DNA of 64,000 bases, taken from assembly GCA_964016885.1 (NCBI GenBank), contig OZ024764.1, positions 7,254,001 through 7,318,000 on the forward strand, given 5' to 3'. Positions 25,701 to 40,756 of this stretch are shown here, piece by piece. The notes below the pieces were generated by a model, which was not told the DNA's origin, did no database searches, and was given only the letters and a program-made list of their open reading frames with translations. The DNA is from Eledone cirrhosa. Its lineage: Eukaryota. The number at the start of each line of letters is the position of its first letter. Positions within the stretch are counted from its first letter, which is position 1. The position numbers and the translations under genes are program-made.

Positions 25701-28700
25701 CCCTATAGTAACCTACCCTACAGTATCCTACCCTACAGTAACCTACCCTACAGTATCCTACCCTACAGTAACCTACCCTACAGTAACCTACCCTACAGTA
25801 ACCTACCCTACAGTAACCTACCCTATAGTAACCTACCCTACAGTATCCTACCCTACAGTAACCTACCCTACAGTAACCTACCCTACAGTAACCTACCCTA
25901 CAGTAACCTACCCTACAGTATCCTACCCTACAGTAACCTACCCTACAGTAACCTACCCTACAGTAACCTACCCTACAGTAACCTACCCTACAGTAACCTA
26001 CCCTACAGTAACCTACCCTATAGTAACCTACCCTACAGTATCCTACCCTACAGTAACCTACCCTACAGTAACCTACCCTACAGTAACCTACCCTACAGTA
26101 ACCTACCCTACAGTAACCTACCCTACAGTATCCTACCCTACAGTAACCTACCCTACAGTAACCTACCCTATAGTATCCTACCCTATGGTAACCTACCCTA
26201 CAGTATCCTACCCTACAGTATCCTACCCTACAGTATCCTACCCTACAGTAACCTACCCTACAGTAACCTACCCTACAGTAACCTACCCTACAGTAACCTA
26301 CCCTACAGTAACCTACCCTACAGTAACCTACCCTACAGTAACCTACCCTACAGTAACCTACCCTACAGTATCCTACCCTACAGTAACCTACCCTACAGTA
26401 ACCTACCCTACAGTAACCTACCCTACAGTAACCTACCCTATGGTAACCTACCAGACAGTATCCTACCCTACAGTATCCTACCCTATAGTAACCTACCCTA
26501 CAGTAACCTACCCTACAGTAACCTACCCTACAGTAACCTACCCTATGGTAACCTACCCTATAGTAACCTACCATACAGTAACCTGCCCTATGGTAACCTA
26601 CCCTACAGTATCCTACCCTACAGTATCCTACCCTACAGTAACCTACCCTACAGTAACCTACCCTACAGTAACCTACCCTACAGTAACCTACCCTACAGTA
26701 TCCTACCCTACAGTAACCTACCCTACAGTAACCTACCCTACAGTATCCTACCCTACAGTAACCTACCCTACAGTAACCTACCCTACAGTAACCTACCCTA
26801 CAGTATCCTACCCTACAGTAACCTACCCTACAGTAACCTACCCTACAGTAACCTACCCTACAGTATCCTACCCTACAGTAACCTACCCTACAGTAACCTA
26901 CCCTACAGTATCCTACCCTATAGTAACCTACCCTACAGTATCCTACCCTACAGTAACCTACCCTACAGTAACCTACCCTACAGTAACCTACCCTACAGTA
27001 TCCTACCCTACAGTAACCTACCCTACAGTAACCTACCCTACAGTAACCTACCCTACAGTAACCTACCCTATGGTAACCTACCAGACAGTATCCTACCCTA
27101 CAGTATCCTACCCTATAGTAACCTACCCTACAGTAACCTACCCTACAGTAACCTACCCTACAGTAACCTACCCTATGGTAACCTACCCTATAGTAACCTA
27201 CCATACAGTAACCTGCCCTATGGTAACCTACCCTACAGTATCCTACCCTACAGTATCCTACCCTACAGTAACCTACCCTACAGTAACCTACCCTACAGTA
27301 ACCTACCCTACAGTAACCTACCCTACAGTAACCTACCCTACAGTATCCTACCCTACAGTAACCTACCCTACAGTAACCTACCCTACAGTATCCTACCCTA
27401 CAGTAACCTACCCTACAGTAACCTACCCTATAGTAACCTACCCTACAGTAACCTACCCTATGGTAACCTACCCTATAGTATCCTACCCTACAGTATCCTA
27501 CCCTACAGTAACCTACCCTACAGTAACCTACCCTACAGTAACCTACCCTATAGTAACCTACCCTACAGTAACCTACCCTACAGTAACCTACCCTACAGTA
27601 ACCTACCCTACAGTAACCTACCCTACAGTATCCTACCCTACAGTAACCTACCCTACAGTAACCTACCCTACAGTAACCTACCCTACAGTAACCTACCCTA
27701 CAGTAACCTACCCTACAGTATCCTACCCTATAGTAACCTACCCTATAGTAACCTACCCTACAGTAACCTACCCTACAGTAACCTACCCTACAGTATCCTA
27801 CCCTATAGTAACCTACCCTATAGTAACCTACCCTACAGTAACCTACCCTACAGTAACCTACCCTACAGTAACCTACCCTATAGTAACCTACCCTACAGTA
27901 ACCTACCCTACAGTAACCTACCCTATAGTAACCTACCCTACAGTAACCTACCCTACAGTATCCTACCCTACAGTAACCTACCCTACAGTAACCTACCCTA
28001 CAGTAACCTACCCTACAGTAACCTACCCTACAGTAACCTACCCTACAGTAACCTACCCTACAGTAACCTACCCTACAGTAACCTACCCTACAGTAACCTA
28101 CCCTACAGTAACCTACCTTACAGTAACCTACCCTACAGTAACCTACCCTATGGTAACCTACCCTACAGTAACCTACCCTACAGTAACCTACCCTACAGTA
28201 ACCTACCCTACAGTAACCTACCCTACAGTATCCTACCCTACAGTAACCTACCCTACAGTATCCTACCCTACAGTATCCTACCCTACAGTAACCTACCCTA
28301 CAGTATCCTACCCTACAGTAACCTACCCTACAGTATCCTACCCTACAGTAACCTACCCTACAGTAACCTACACTATGGTAACCTAACCTATGGTAACCTA
28401 CCCTACAGTAACCTACCCTATGGTAACCTAACCTATGGTAACCTACCCTACGGTAACCTACCCTACAGTAACCTACCCTACAGTAACCTACCCTACAGTA
28501 ACCTACCCTACAGTATCCTACCCTACAGTAACCTACCCTACAGTATCCTACCCTACAGTAACCTACCCTACAGTAACCTACACTATGGTAACCTAACCTA
28601 TGGTAACCTACCCTACAGTAACCTACCCTATGGTAACCTACCCTATAGTAACCTACCCTACAGTAACCTACCCTACAGTATCCTACCCTACAGTAACCTA

Positions 28701-31700
28701 CCCTACAGTATCCTACCCTACAGTAACCTACCCTACAGTATCCTACCCTACAGTAACCTACCCTACAGTAACCTACCCTACAGTAACCTACCCTACAGTA
28801 ACCTACCCTACAGTATCCTACCCTACAGTAACCTACCCTACAGTAACCTACCCTACAGTAACCTACCCTACAGTAACCTACCCTACAGTATCCTACCCTA
28901 CAGTAACCTACCCTACAGTAACCTACCCTACAGTAACCTACCCTACAGTATCCTACCCTACAGTAACCTACCCTACAGTAACCTACCCTACAGTATCCTA
29001 CCCTATAGTAACCTACCCTACAGTATCCTACCCTACAGTAACCTACCCTACAGTAACCTACCCTACAGTAACCTACCCTACAGTATCCTACCCTACAGTA
29101 ACCTACCCTACAGTAACCTACCCTACAGTAACCTACCCTACAGTAACCTACCCTATGGTAACCTACCAGACAGTATCCTACCCTACAGTATCCTACCCTA
29201 TAGTAACCTACCCTACAGTAACCTACCCTACAGTAACCTACCCTACAGTAACCTACCCTATGGTAACCTACCCTATAGTAACCTACCATACAGTAACCTG
29301 CCCTATGGTAACCTACCCTACAGTATCCTACCCTACAGTATCCTACCCTACAGTAACCTACCCTACAGTAACCTACCCTACAGTAACCTACCCTACAGTA
29401 ACCTACCCTACAGTATCCTACCCTACAGTAACCTACCCTACAGTAACCTACCCTACAGTATCCTACCCTACAGTAACCTACCCTACAGTAACCTACCCTA
29501 CAGTAACCTACCCTACAGTATCCTACCCTACAGTAACCTACCCTACAGTAACCTACCCTACAGTAACCTACCCTACAGTATCCTACCCTACAGTAACCTA
29601 CCCTACAGTAACCTACCCTACAGTATCCTACCCTATAGTTACCTACCCTACAGTATCCTACCCTACAGTAACCTACCCTACAGTAACCTACCCTACAGTA
29701 ACCTACCCTACAGTATCCTACCCTACAGTAACCTACCCTACAGTAACCTACCCTACAGTAACCTACCCTACAGTAACCTACCCTATGGTAACCTACCAGA
29801 CAGTATCCTACCCTACAGTATCCTACCCTATAGTAACCTACCCTACAGTAACCTACCCTACAGTAACCTACCCTACAGTAACCTACCCTATGGTAACCTA
29901 CCCTATAGTAACCTACCATACAGTAACCTGCCCTATGGTAACCTACCCTACAGTATCCTACCCTACAGTATCCTACCCTACAGTAACCTACCCTACAGTA
30001 ACCTACCCTACAGTAACCTACCCTACAGTAACCTACCCTACAGTAACCTACCCTACAGTATCCTACCCTACAGTAACCTACCCTACAGTAACCTACCCTA
30101 CAGTATCCTACCCTACAGTAACCTACCCTACAGTAACCTACCCTATAGTAACCTACCCTACAGTAACCTACCCTATGGTAACCTACCCTATAGTATCCTA
30201 CCCTACAGTATCCTACCCTACAGTAACCTACCCTACAGTAACCTACCCTACAGTAACCTACCCTATAGTAACCTACCCTACAGTAACCTACCCTACAGTA
30301 ACCTACCCTACAGTAACCTACCCTACAGTAACCTACCCTACAGTATCCTACCCTACAGTAACCTACCCTACAGTAACCTACCCTACAGTAACCTACCCTA
30401 CAGTAACCTACCCTACAGTAACCTACCCTACAGTATCCTACCCTATAGTAACCTACCCTATAGTAACCTACCCTACAGTAACCTACCCTACAGTAACCTA
30501 CCCTACAGTATCCTACCCTATAGTAACCTACCCTATAGTAACCTACCCTACAGTAACCTACCCTACAGTAACCTACCCTACAGTAACCTACCCTATAGTA
30601 ACCTACCCTACAGTAACCTACCCTACAGTAACCTACCCTATAGTAACCTACCCTACAGTAACCTACCCTACAGTATCCTACCCTACAGTAACCTACCCTA
30701 CAGTAACCTACCCTACAGTAACCTACCCTACAGTAACCTACCCTACAGTAACCTACCCTACAGTAACCTACCCTACAGTAACCTACCCTACAGTAACCTA
30801 CCCTACAGTAACCTACCCTACAGTAACCTACCTTACAGTAACCTACCCTACAGTAACCTACCCTATGGTAACCTACCCTACAGTAACCTACCCTACAGTA
30901 ACCTACCCTACAGTAACCTACCCTACAGTAACCTACCCTACAGTATCCTACCCTACAGTAACCTACCCTACAGTATCCTACCCTACAGTATCCTACCCTA
31001 CAGTAACCTACCCTACAGTATCCTACCCTACAGTAACCTACCCTACAGTATCCTACCCTACAGTAACCTACCCTACAGTAACCTACCCTATGGTAACCTA
31101 CCCTACAGTAACCTACCCTATAGTAACCTACCCTACAGTAACCTACCCTACAGTAACCTACCCTACAGTATCCTACCCTACAGTAACCTACCCTACAGTA
31201 ACCTACCCTATGGTAACCTACCCTACAGTAACCTACCCTACAGTAACCTACCCTACAGTAACCTACCCTACAGTATCCTACCCTACAGTAACCTACCCTA
31301 TGGTAACCTACCCTACAGTAACCTACCCTACAGTAACCTACCCTACAGTAACCTACCCTACAGTAACCTACCCTACAGTAACCTACCCTATAGTAACCTA
31401 CCCTACAGTAACCTACCCTACAGTAACCTACCCTACAGTAACCTACCCTACAGTAACCTACCCTACAGTAACCTACCCTACAGTATCCTACCCTACAGTA
31501 TCCTACCCTACAGTAACCTACCCTACAGTAACCTACCCTATGGTAACCTACCCTATAGTAACCTACCCTACAGTAAGCTACCCTACAGTAACCTACCCTA
31601 CAGTAACCTACCCTACAGTAACCTACCCTACGGTAACCTACCCTACAGTAACCTACCCTACAGTAACCTACCCTACAGTAACCTACCCTACAGTATCCTA

Positions 31701-34700
31701 CCCTACAGTAACCTACCCTACAGTAACCTACCCTACAGTAACCTACCCTATGGTAACCTACCCTACAGTAACCTACCCTACAGTAACCTACCCTACGGTA
31801 ACCTACCCTACAGTAACCTACCCTATAGTAACCTACCCTACAGTAACCTACCCTACAGTATCCTACCCTACAGTATCCTACCCTACAGTATCCTACCCTA
31901 CAGTAACCTACCCTACAGTATCCTACCCTATGGTAACCTACCCTACAGTAACCTACCCTATAGTAACCTACCCTACAGTAACCTACCCTACAGTATCCTA
32001 CCCTACAGTAACCTACCCTACAGTATCCTACCCTATGGTAACCTACCCTACGGTAACCTACCCTACAGTAACCTACCCTACAGTATCCTACCCTACAGTA
32101 ACCTACCCTACAGTATCCTACCCTACAGTAACCTACCCTACAGTATCCTACCCTACAGTATCCTACCCTACAGTAACCTACCCTACAGTAACCTACCCTA
32201 TAGTAACCTACCCTACAGTATCCTACCCTACAGTAACCTACCCTACAGTATCCTACCCTACAGTAACCTACCCTACAGTAACCTACCCTACAGTAACCTA
32301 CCCTACAGTAACCTACCCTATAGTAACCTACCCTACAGTATCCTACCCTACAGTAACCTACCCTACAGTATCCTACCCTACAGTAACCTACCCTACAGTA
32401 ACCTACCCTACAGTAACCTACCCTACAGTAACCTACCCTACAGTAACCTACCCTACAGTAACCTACCCTACAGTATCCTACCCTACAGTAACCTACCCTA
32501 CAGTAACCTACCCTACAGTAACCTACCCTACAGTAACCTACCCTACAGTATCCTACCCTACAGTAACCTACCCTACAGTAACCTACCCTACAGTAACCTA
32601 CCCTACAGTAACCTACCCTACAGTAACCTACCCTACAGTAACCTACCCTATAGTAACCTACCCTACAGTATCCTACCCTACAGTAACCTACCCTACAGTA
32701 ACCTACCCTACAGTAACCTACCCTACAGTAACCTACCCTACAGTAACCTACCCTACAGTAACCTACCCTACAGTATCCTACCCTACAGTAACCTACCCTA
32801 CAGTAACCTACCCTATAGTATCCTACCCTATGGTAACCTACCCTACAGTATCCTACCCTACAGTATCCTACCCTACAGTATCCTACCCTACAGTAACCTA
32901 CCCTACAGTAACCTACCCTACAGTATCCTACCCTACAGTAACCTACCCTACAGTAACCTACCCTACAGTAACCTACCCTACAGTAACCTACCCTACCCTA
33001 CAGTAACCTACCCTATAGTAACCTACCCTACAGTATCCTACCCTACAGTAACCTACCCTATGGTAACCTACCCTACAGTAACCTACCCTACAGTAACCTA
33101 CCCTACAGTAACCTACCCTACAGTAACCTACCCTACAGTATCCTACTCTACAGTAACCTACCCTACAGTAACCTACCCTATAGTATCCTACCCTATGGTA
33201 ACCTACCCTACAGTATCCTACCCTACAGTATCCTACCCTACAGTATCCTACCCTACAGTAACCTACCCTACAGTAACCTACCCTACAGTATCCTACCCTA
33301 CAGTATCCTACCCTACAGTAACCTACCCTACAGTATCCTACCCTACAGTAACCTACCCTACAGTATCCTACCCTACAGTAACCTACCCTACAGTAACCTA
33401 CACTATGGTAACCTAACCTATGGTAACCTACCCTACAGTAACCTACCCTGTGGTAACCTAACCTATGGTAACCTACCCTACAGTAACCTACCCTACAGTA
33501 ACCTACCCTACAGTAACCTACCCTACAGTAACCTACCCTACAGTATCCTACCCTACAGTAACCTACCCTACAGTATCCTACCCTACAGTAACCTACCCTA
33601 CAGTAACCTACACTATGGTAACCTAACCTATGGTAACCTACCCTACAGTAACCTACCCTATGGTAACCTACCCTATAGTAACCTACCCTACCTTAACCTA
33701 CCCTACAGTATCCTACCCTACAGTAACCTACCCTACAGTATCCTACCCTACAGTAACCTACCCTACAGTATCCTACCCTACAGTAACCTACCCTACAGTA
33801 ACCTACCCTACAGTAACCTACCCTACAGTAACCTACCCTACAGTATCCTACCCTACAGTAACCTACCCTACAGTAACCTACCCTACAGTATCCTACCCTA
33901 CAGTAACCTACCCTACAGTAACCTACCCTACAGTAACCTACCCTACAGTATCCTACCCTACAGTAACCTACCCTACAGTAACCTACCCTACAGTATCCTA
34001 CCCTATAGTAACCTACCCTACAGTATCCTACCCTACAGTAACCTACCCTACAGTAACCTACCCTACAGTAACCTACCCTACAGTATCCTACCCTACAGTA
34101 ACCTACCCTACAGTAACCTACCCTACAGTAACCTACCCTATGGTAACCTACCAGACAGTATCCTACCCTACAGTAACCTACCCTACAGTAACCTACCCTA
34201 CAGTAACCTACCCTATGGTAACCTACCCTACAGTAACCTACCCTACAGTAACCTGCCCTATGGTAACCTACCCTACAGTATCCTACCCTACAGTATCCTA
34301 CCCTACAGTAACCTACCCTACAGTAACCTACCCTACAGTAACCTACCCTACAGTAACCTACCCTACAGTAACCTACCCTACAGTATCCTACCCTACAGTA
34401 ACCTACCCTACAGTAACCTACCCTACAGTATCCTACCCTACAGTAACCTACCCTACAGTAACCTACCCTATAGTAACCTACCCTACAGTAACCTACCCTA
34501 CAGTAACCTACCCTATAGTATCCTACCCTACAGTATCCTACCCTACAGTAACCTACCCTACAGTAACCTACCCTACAGTAACCTACCCTACAGTAACCTA
34601 CCCTACAGTAACCTACCCTACAGTAACCTACCCTACAGTATCCTACCCTACAGTATCCTACCCTACAGTAACCTACCCTACAGTAACCTACCCTATGGTA

Positions 34701-37700
34701 ACCTACCCTACAGTAACCTACCCTACAGTATCCTACCCTACAGTAACCTACCCTACAGTAACCTACCCTACAGTAACCTACCCTACAGTAACCTACCCTA
34801 CAGTAACCTACCCTACAGTATCCTACCCTACAGTAACCTACCCTACAGTAACCTACCCTATAGTAACCTACCCTACAGTAACCTACCCTACAGTAACCTA
34901 CCCTACAGTATCCTACCCTACAGTAACCTACCCTACAGTAACCTACCCTACAGTAACCTACCCTACAGTAACCTACCCTATGGTAACCTACCCTACAGTA
35001 ACCTACCCTACAGTATCCTACCCTACAGTATGCTACCCTATAGTATCCTACCCTACAGTAACCTACCCTACAGTAACCTACCCTACAGTAACCTACCCTA
35101 CAGTAACCTACCCTACAGTAACCTACCCTACAGTAACCTACCCTATGGTAACCTACCCTACAGTAACCTACCCTACAGTAACCTACCCTACAGTAACCTA
35201 CCCTATAGTAACCTACCCTACAGTAACCTACCCTACAGTAACCTACCCTACAGTATCCTACCCTACAGTAACCTACCCTACAGTAACCTACCCTACAGTA
35301 ACCTACCCTACAGTAACCTACCCTACAGTAACCTACCCTACAGTAACCTACCCTACAGTAACCTACCCTACAGTAACCTACCCTACAGTAACCTACCCTA
35401 CAGTAACCTACCCTACAGTAACCTACCCTACAGTATCCTACCCTACAGTAACCTACCCTACAGTAACCTACCCTACAGTAACCTACCCTACAGTAACCTA
35501 CCCTACAGTAACCTACCCTACAGTAACCTACCCTACAGTAACCTACCCTACAGTAACCTACCCTACAGTAACCTACCCTACAGTAACCTACCCTACAGTA
35601 ACCTACCCTACAGTAACCTACCCTACAGTAACCTACCCTACAGTAACCTACCCTACAGTATCCTACCCTACAGTAACCTACCCTACAGTAACCTACCCTA
35701 CAGTAACCTACCCTACAGTAACCTACCCTACAGTAACCTACCCTACAGTAACCTACCCTACAGTAACCTACCCTACAGTAACCTACCCTACAGTAACCTA
35801 CCCTACAGTAACCTACCCTACAGTAACCTACCCTACAGTAACCTACCCTACAGTAACCTACCCTACAGTATCCTACCCTACAGTAACCTACCCTACAGTA
35901 ACCTACCCTATAGTAACCTACCCTACAGTATCCTACCCTACAGTATCCTACCCTACAGTATCCTACCCTACAGTAACCTACCCTACAGTATCCTACCCTA
36001 CAGTAACCTACCCTACAGTAACCTACCCTACAGTAACCTACCCTACAGTATCCTACCCTACAGTAACCTACCCTACAGTAACCTACCCTACAGTAACCTA
36101 CCCTACAGTAACCTACCCTACAGTAACCTACCCTACAGTAACCTACCCTACAGTAACCTACCCTACAGTAACCTACCCTACAGTAACCTACCCTATGGTA
36201 ACCTACCCTACAGTAACCTACCCTACAGTATCCTACCCTACAGTATCCTACCCTATAGTATCCTACCCTACAGTAACCTACCCTACAGTAACCTACCCTA
36301 TGGTAACCTACCCTACAGTAACCTACCCTACAGTAACCTACCCTATAGTAACCTACCCTACAGTAACCTACCCTACAGTAACCTACCCTACAGTAACCTA
36401 TCCTATAGTAACCTACCCTATGGTAACCTACCCTACAGTAACCTAACCTACAGTAACCTACCCTACAGTAACCTACCCTACAGTAACCTACCCTACAGTA
36501 ACCTATCCTATAGTAACCTACCCTATGGTAACCTACCCTACAGTAACCTACCCTACAGTAACCTACCCTACAGTAACCTACCCTACAGTAACCTACCCTA
36601 CAGTAACCTACCCTACAGTAACCTACCCTACAGTAACCTACCCTACAGTAACCTACCCTACAGTAACCTACCCTATGGTAACCTACCCTACAGTAACCTA
36701 CCCTACAGTATCCTACCCTACAGTATCCTACCCTACAGTATCCTACCCTACAGTAACCTACCCTACAGTATCCTACCCTACAGTAACCTACCCTACAGTA
36801 ACCTACCCTACAGTAACCTACCCTACAGTAACCTACCCTACAGTATCCTACCCTACAGTAACCTACCCTACAGTAACCTACCCTACAGTATCCTACCCTA
36901 CAGTAACCTACCCTACAGTAACCTACCCTACAGTAACCTACCCTATGGTAACCTACCCTATAGTAACCTACCCTACAGTATCCTACCCTACAGTAACCTA
37001 CCCTACAGTAACCTACCCTATAGTAACCTACCCTACAGTAACCTACCCTATGGTAACCTACCCTACAGTATCCTACCCTACAGTATCCTACCCTACAGTA
37101 ACCTACTCTACAGTAACCTACCCTATAGTAACCTACCCTACAGTATCCTACCCTACAGTATCCTACCCTACAGTAACCTACCCTACAGTAACCTACCCTA
37201 CAGTAACCTACCCTACAGTATCCTACCCTACAGTAACCTACCCTACAGTAACCTACCCTATAGTAACCTACCCTACAGTAACCTACCCTACAGTATCCTA
37301 CCCTACAGTAACCTACCCTACAGTAACCTACCCTACAGTAACCTACCCTACAGTATCCTACCCTATAGTATCCTACCCTACAGTAACCTACCCTACAGTA
37401 TCCTACCCTATAGTATCCTACCCTACAGTAACCTACCCTACAGTAACCTACCCTATAGTATCCTACCCTACAGTAACCTACCCTACAATAACCTACCCTA
37501 TAGTATCCTACCCTACAGTAACCTACCCTACAGTATCCTACCCTACAGTAACCTACCCTACAGTAACCTACCCTACAGTAACCTATCCTATAGTAACCTA
37601 CCCTATAGTAACCTACCCTACAGTAACCTACCCTACAGTATCCTACCCTACAGTATCCTACCCTACAGTAACCTACCCTACAGTAACCTACCCTACAGTA

Positions 37701-38552
37701 ACCTACCCTACAGTATCCTACCCTACAGTATCCTACCCTACAGTAACCTACCCTACAGTAACCTACCCTACAGTAACCTACCCTACAGTAACCTACCCTA
37801 TAGTAACCTACCCTACAGTATCCTACCCTACAGTAACCTACCCTACAGTAACCTACCCTACAGTATCCTACCCTACAGTATCCTACCCTATAGTATCCTA
37901 CCCTACAGTAACCTACCCTACAGTATCCTACCCTACAGTAACCTACCCTACAGTAACCTACCCTACAGTAACCTACCCTATAGTAACCTACCCTACAGTA
38001 ACCTACCCTACAGTAACCTACCCTACAGTAACCTACCCTATGGTAACCTACCCTACAGTAACCTACCCTATAGTAACCTACCCTACAGTAACCTACCCTA
38101 CAGTATCCTACCCTACAGTATCCTACCCTACAGTATCCTACCCTACAGTATCCTACCCTACAGTAACCTACCCTATGGTAACCTACCCTATAGTAACCTA
38201 CCCTACAGTATCCTACCCTACAGTAACCTACCCTACAGTATCCTACCCTACAGTATCCTACCCTACAGTAACCTACCCTACAGTAACCTACCCTACAGTA
38301 ACCTACCCTATGGTAACCTACCCTACAGTAACCTACCCTACAGTAACCTACCCTATAGTAACCTACCCTATGGTAACCTACCCTACAGTAACCTACCCTA
38401 CAGTAACCTACCCTACAGTATCCTACCCTACAGTAACCTACCCTACAGTAACCTACCCTACAGTAACCTACCCTATAGTAACCTACCCTACAGTAACCTA
38501 CCCTATAGTAACCTACCCTACAGTAACCTACCCTATGGTATCCTACCCTATA
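7711..38552. repeat. 15-bp satellite array, ~2050 units, consensus ACCTACCCTACAGTA
   Basis: Uninterrupted period-15 repeat; one register shift at ~32995; recurrent variants at two sites. Confidence 0.99.
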
Positions 38553-38806
38553 AGCTACAGCAAGACATTGATATTACTATAATCTCTACGTTAAACTTAA
38601 CAAATATGAGATTCAGTAGAAATAAATGTGGTGGGTTGCTAGAGTTATGGTAAGTGGTGTACAACAAGTGTTAGGCAGGCAGTTTCACTGTTTACCCCTC
38701 AGTGGTAAAGGTAACATACTATATTCAGCAGACAAGTCGACCCCTGGTTTTGGAGAGATATTTTTAGGCTCCAAATGTCAACTTGTACACTGGCATATAT
38801 GATATA

Positions 38807-40200
38807 TCATCTTCATCACTGTTTTACGTCCATTCTTCCACGCTAGCATGGGTTAGACGGGTTGTCCTGTTGTGGGCAGTGTCTGTTCAGCTGACCTTGT
38901 CTTGCTCATACGGGAACTGATTCTGGCTTCATTCCTACAGCTGGATGCCCTTCCTAACACCAACCTCATTTACAGTGAGTCCTGGGTGCTTTTTGTCTGT
39001 GGCGCCTATACGTCCACTTTACAGTCGGAGAGGGTGGGAGCATACGCTTCAGCTTCCGCTTGTAGCCCTGGGGAGTCAGGTCTTCTGTATTACTGCTTGA
39101 TGCCAGAGGTGACGGTCCTGTGTCATCGCCTTTGAGAGGTGCAACTGGGTAAGGTCGGCTTTTATCACCTCATCCCAGCTCTTCTTGGGTCTCCCCACTC
39201 TACGGCTTCCATCGACTTCTACTGCTCTACACCTTTTTATACAGCTGTCATCCTTCATACGCATCACATGTCCAATGCAACCTCCTCTCCTGCACACAGC
39301 ATTTCATTCCTCTTATGCTCAGTCACTCTCTCAATTCATTTATGCTTTGCCGTTCGCGTATATTACTATTACACATCCATCGGAGCATGCAGGCTTCGTT
39401 TCTTTCTAATCTATGCAAGTCTTCCACAGACGGCGCCAAGGTTTCACTACTATGTAACATTGCTATTCGTATACCCACATCATACAGTCTGCTTTTCATT
39501 TTGAGGGTAAAGCCTTTTGCAGCCAGCCTACTCCTTTCCTACATACTGAGCAAGTATAGTTCCACCATAGATTCGGCTATAAGTGTGAGATCATCCACAT
39601 ATAGGAGTTCCCATGGGCATCCGGTCATAATCACCTCCATTATTGCTTGCAATACTTTAACGAACAGGAGTGGGCTAAGAACAGAGCCCTGGTGGACACC
39701 GACCTCTAAACTAAATTACCCGCTATAGTCAGCTGGCAACCCCAATTGGGGTGCGTAAGCTGATATTATTGTGGCAATTGTTTTATTCAGGACTAGTCCA
39801 AGTTTCATTATTCTTGCATTCACCCTGTTCACTGAGATTACCTTATCTACCCATTTGTCAGCTAATAGGATAGCTACACCTCCCATCCTGTTGTCATTTG
39901 CTACCCAGACAAATTGGTAGCACTGACTTCTGCCTGCAAGGACTCCAGCGGACTCTGCTCTCCATCTAGTCTCTTGCACACAGCATACATCAATTTTCTT
40001 TCGCTCTAGCATCTCTACAATTTCTCCTGCTCTTCCTTTCATTGTGCTTACATTGATGGTTCCAACTCGGAGTTTTGGGCATTTGCCACCACTCGTGGGA
40101 AAGGGTGAATTTTTGCAGTGGGGTGTGTATGCTTCCTGTCTCTGAATTAAAGCTTTGCATGGGTGCTTGGTAACTCGCGGATTCATATTCATTTATTAAT
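38807..40200 (-). mobile_element. Internally deleted RTE LINE (APE endonuclease joined to RT and C-terminal remnants, 3' tail)
   Basis: ORF 39716-40192 has LRVGTINV...IDVCCVQETRW...IISAYAPQ; RT remnant 'GVHQGSVLSPLLF' at ~39660-39700; GHVMRM/GRPKKSW; 3' tail at ~38810. Confidence 0.9.
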
Positions 40201-40547
40201 TTGGGGTAGCCCCATTTATCCTCAGCCCATAGCTAGAAGGACAATAGTAGTAATAATGTCAGGGTTTGTTGGGGCTGGTAAGGGCTAGAAGAAAAGTAGA
40301 AGTAGTAGTAATGGCAGAGTTTGTTGGGGTTGGTAATGGGTGGGGACATGTTTCTGAGGTTTGATTGGTCGAATAGACTATGGTGGTGTGAGGGGGTGGG
40401 CAGGAGAGAAATTGTGAGATAGGTAGCCATCATGGTTTATAACATCCCAGGAGATTTGGGGGAAATAATCAGGTACAAGAACGCATATTAGACAAGGCGA
40501 ATATGGGAGGACTTTGAAGATGTTCAACTAACTTCATAAAGCTTGAA

Positions 40548-40692
40548 CAGAGAGAGACATAATAGCCAACATAGATAGAGAGAGAGAGACATAATAGCCA
40601 ACATAGAGAGAGAGTCATTATAGCCAACATAGAGAGAGAGAGAGTCATAATAGCCAACATAGAGAGGGAAAGAGAGAGTCATAATAGCCAAC
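40548..40692. repeat. Short degenerate tandem repeat (GA)n-tcataatagccaacata, ~5 copies
   Basis: 'ataatagccaacatagagag' recurs about every 28-32 bp. Confidence 0.85.
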
Positions 40693-40711
40693 GTGGTTTA
40701 TAAGAGGAGTC

Positions 40712-40756
<45 letters not shown>

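Noticed and set aside
7711-38552. True telomere
   Set aside because: Flanked by ordinary sequence on both sides; no canonical TTAGGG runs.
7705-38653. Plus-strand giant ORFs (TYPTV)n and (NLPYS)n as mucin-like proteins
   Set aside because: Automatic result of a period-15 repeat; broken by variant stops and a frameshift; no unique termini.
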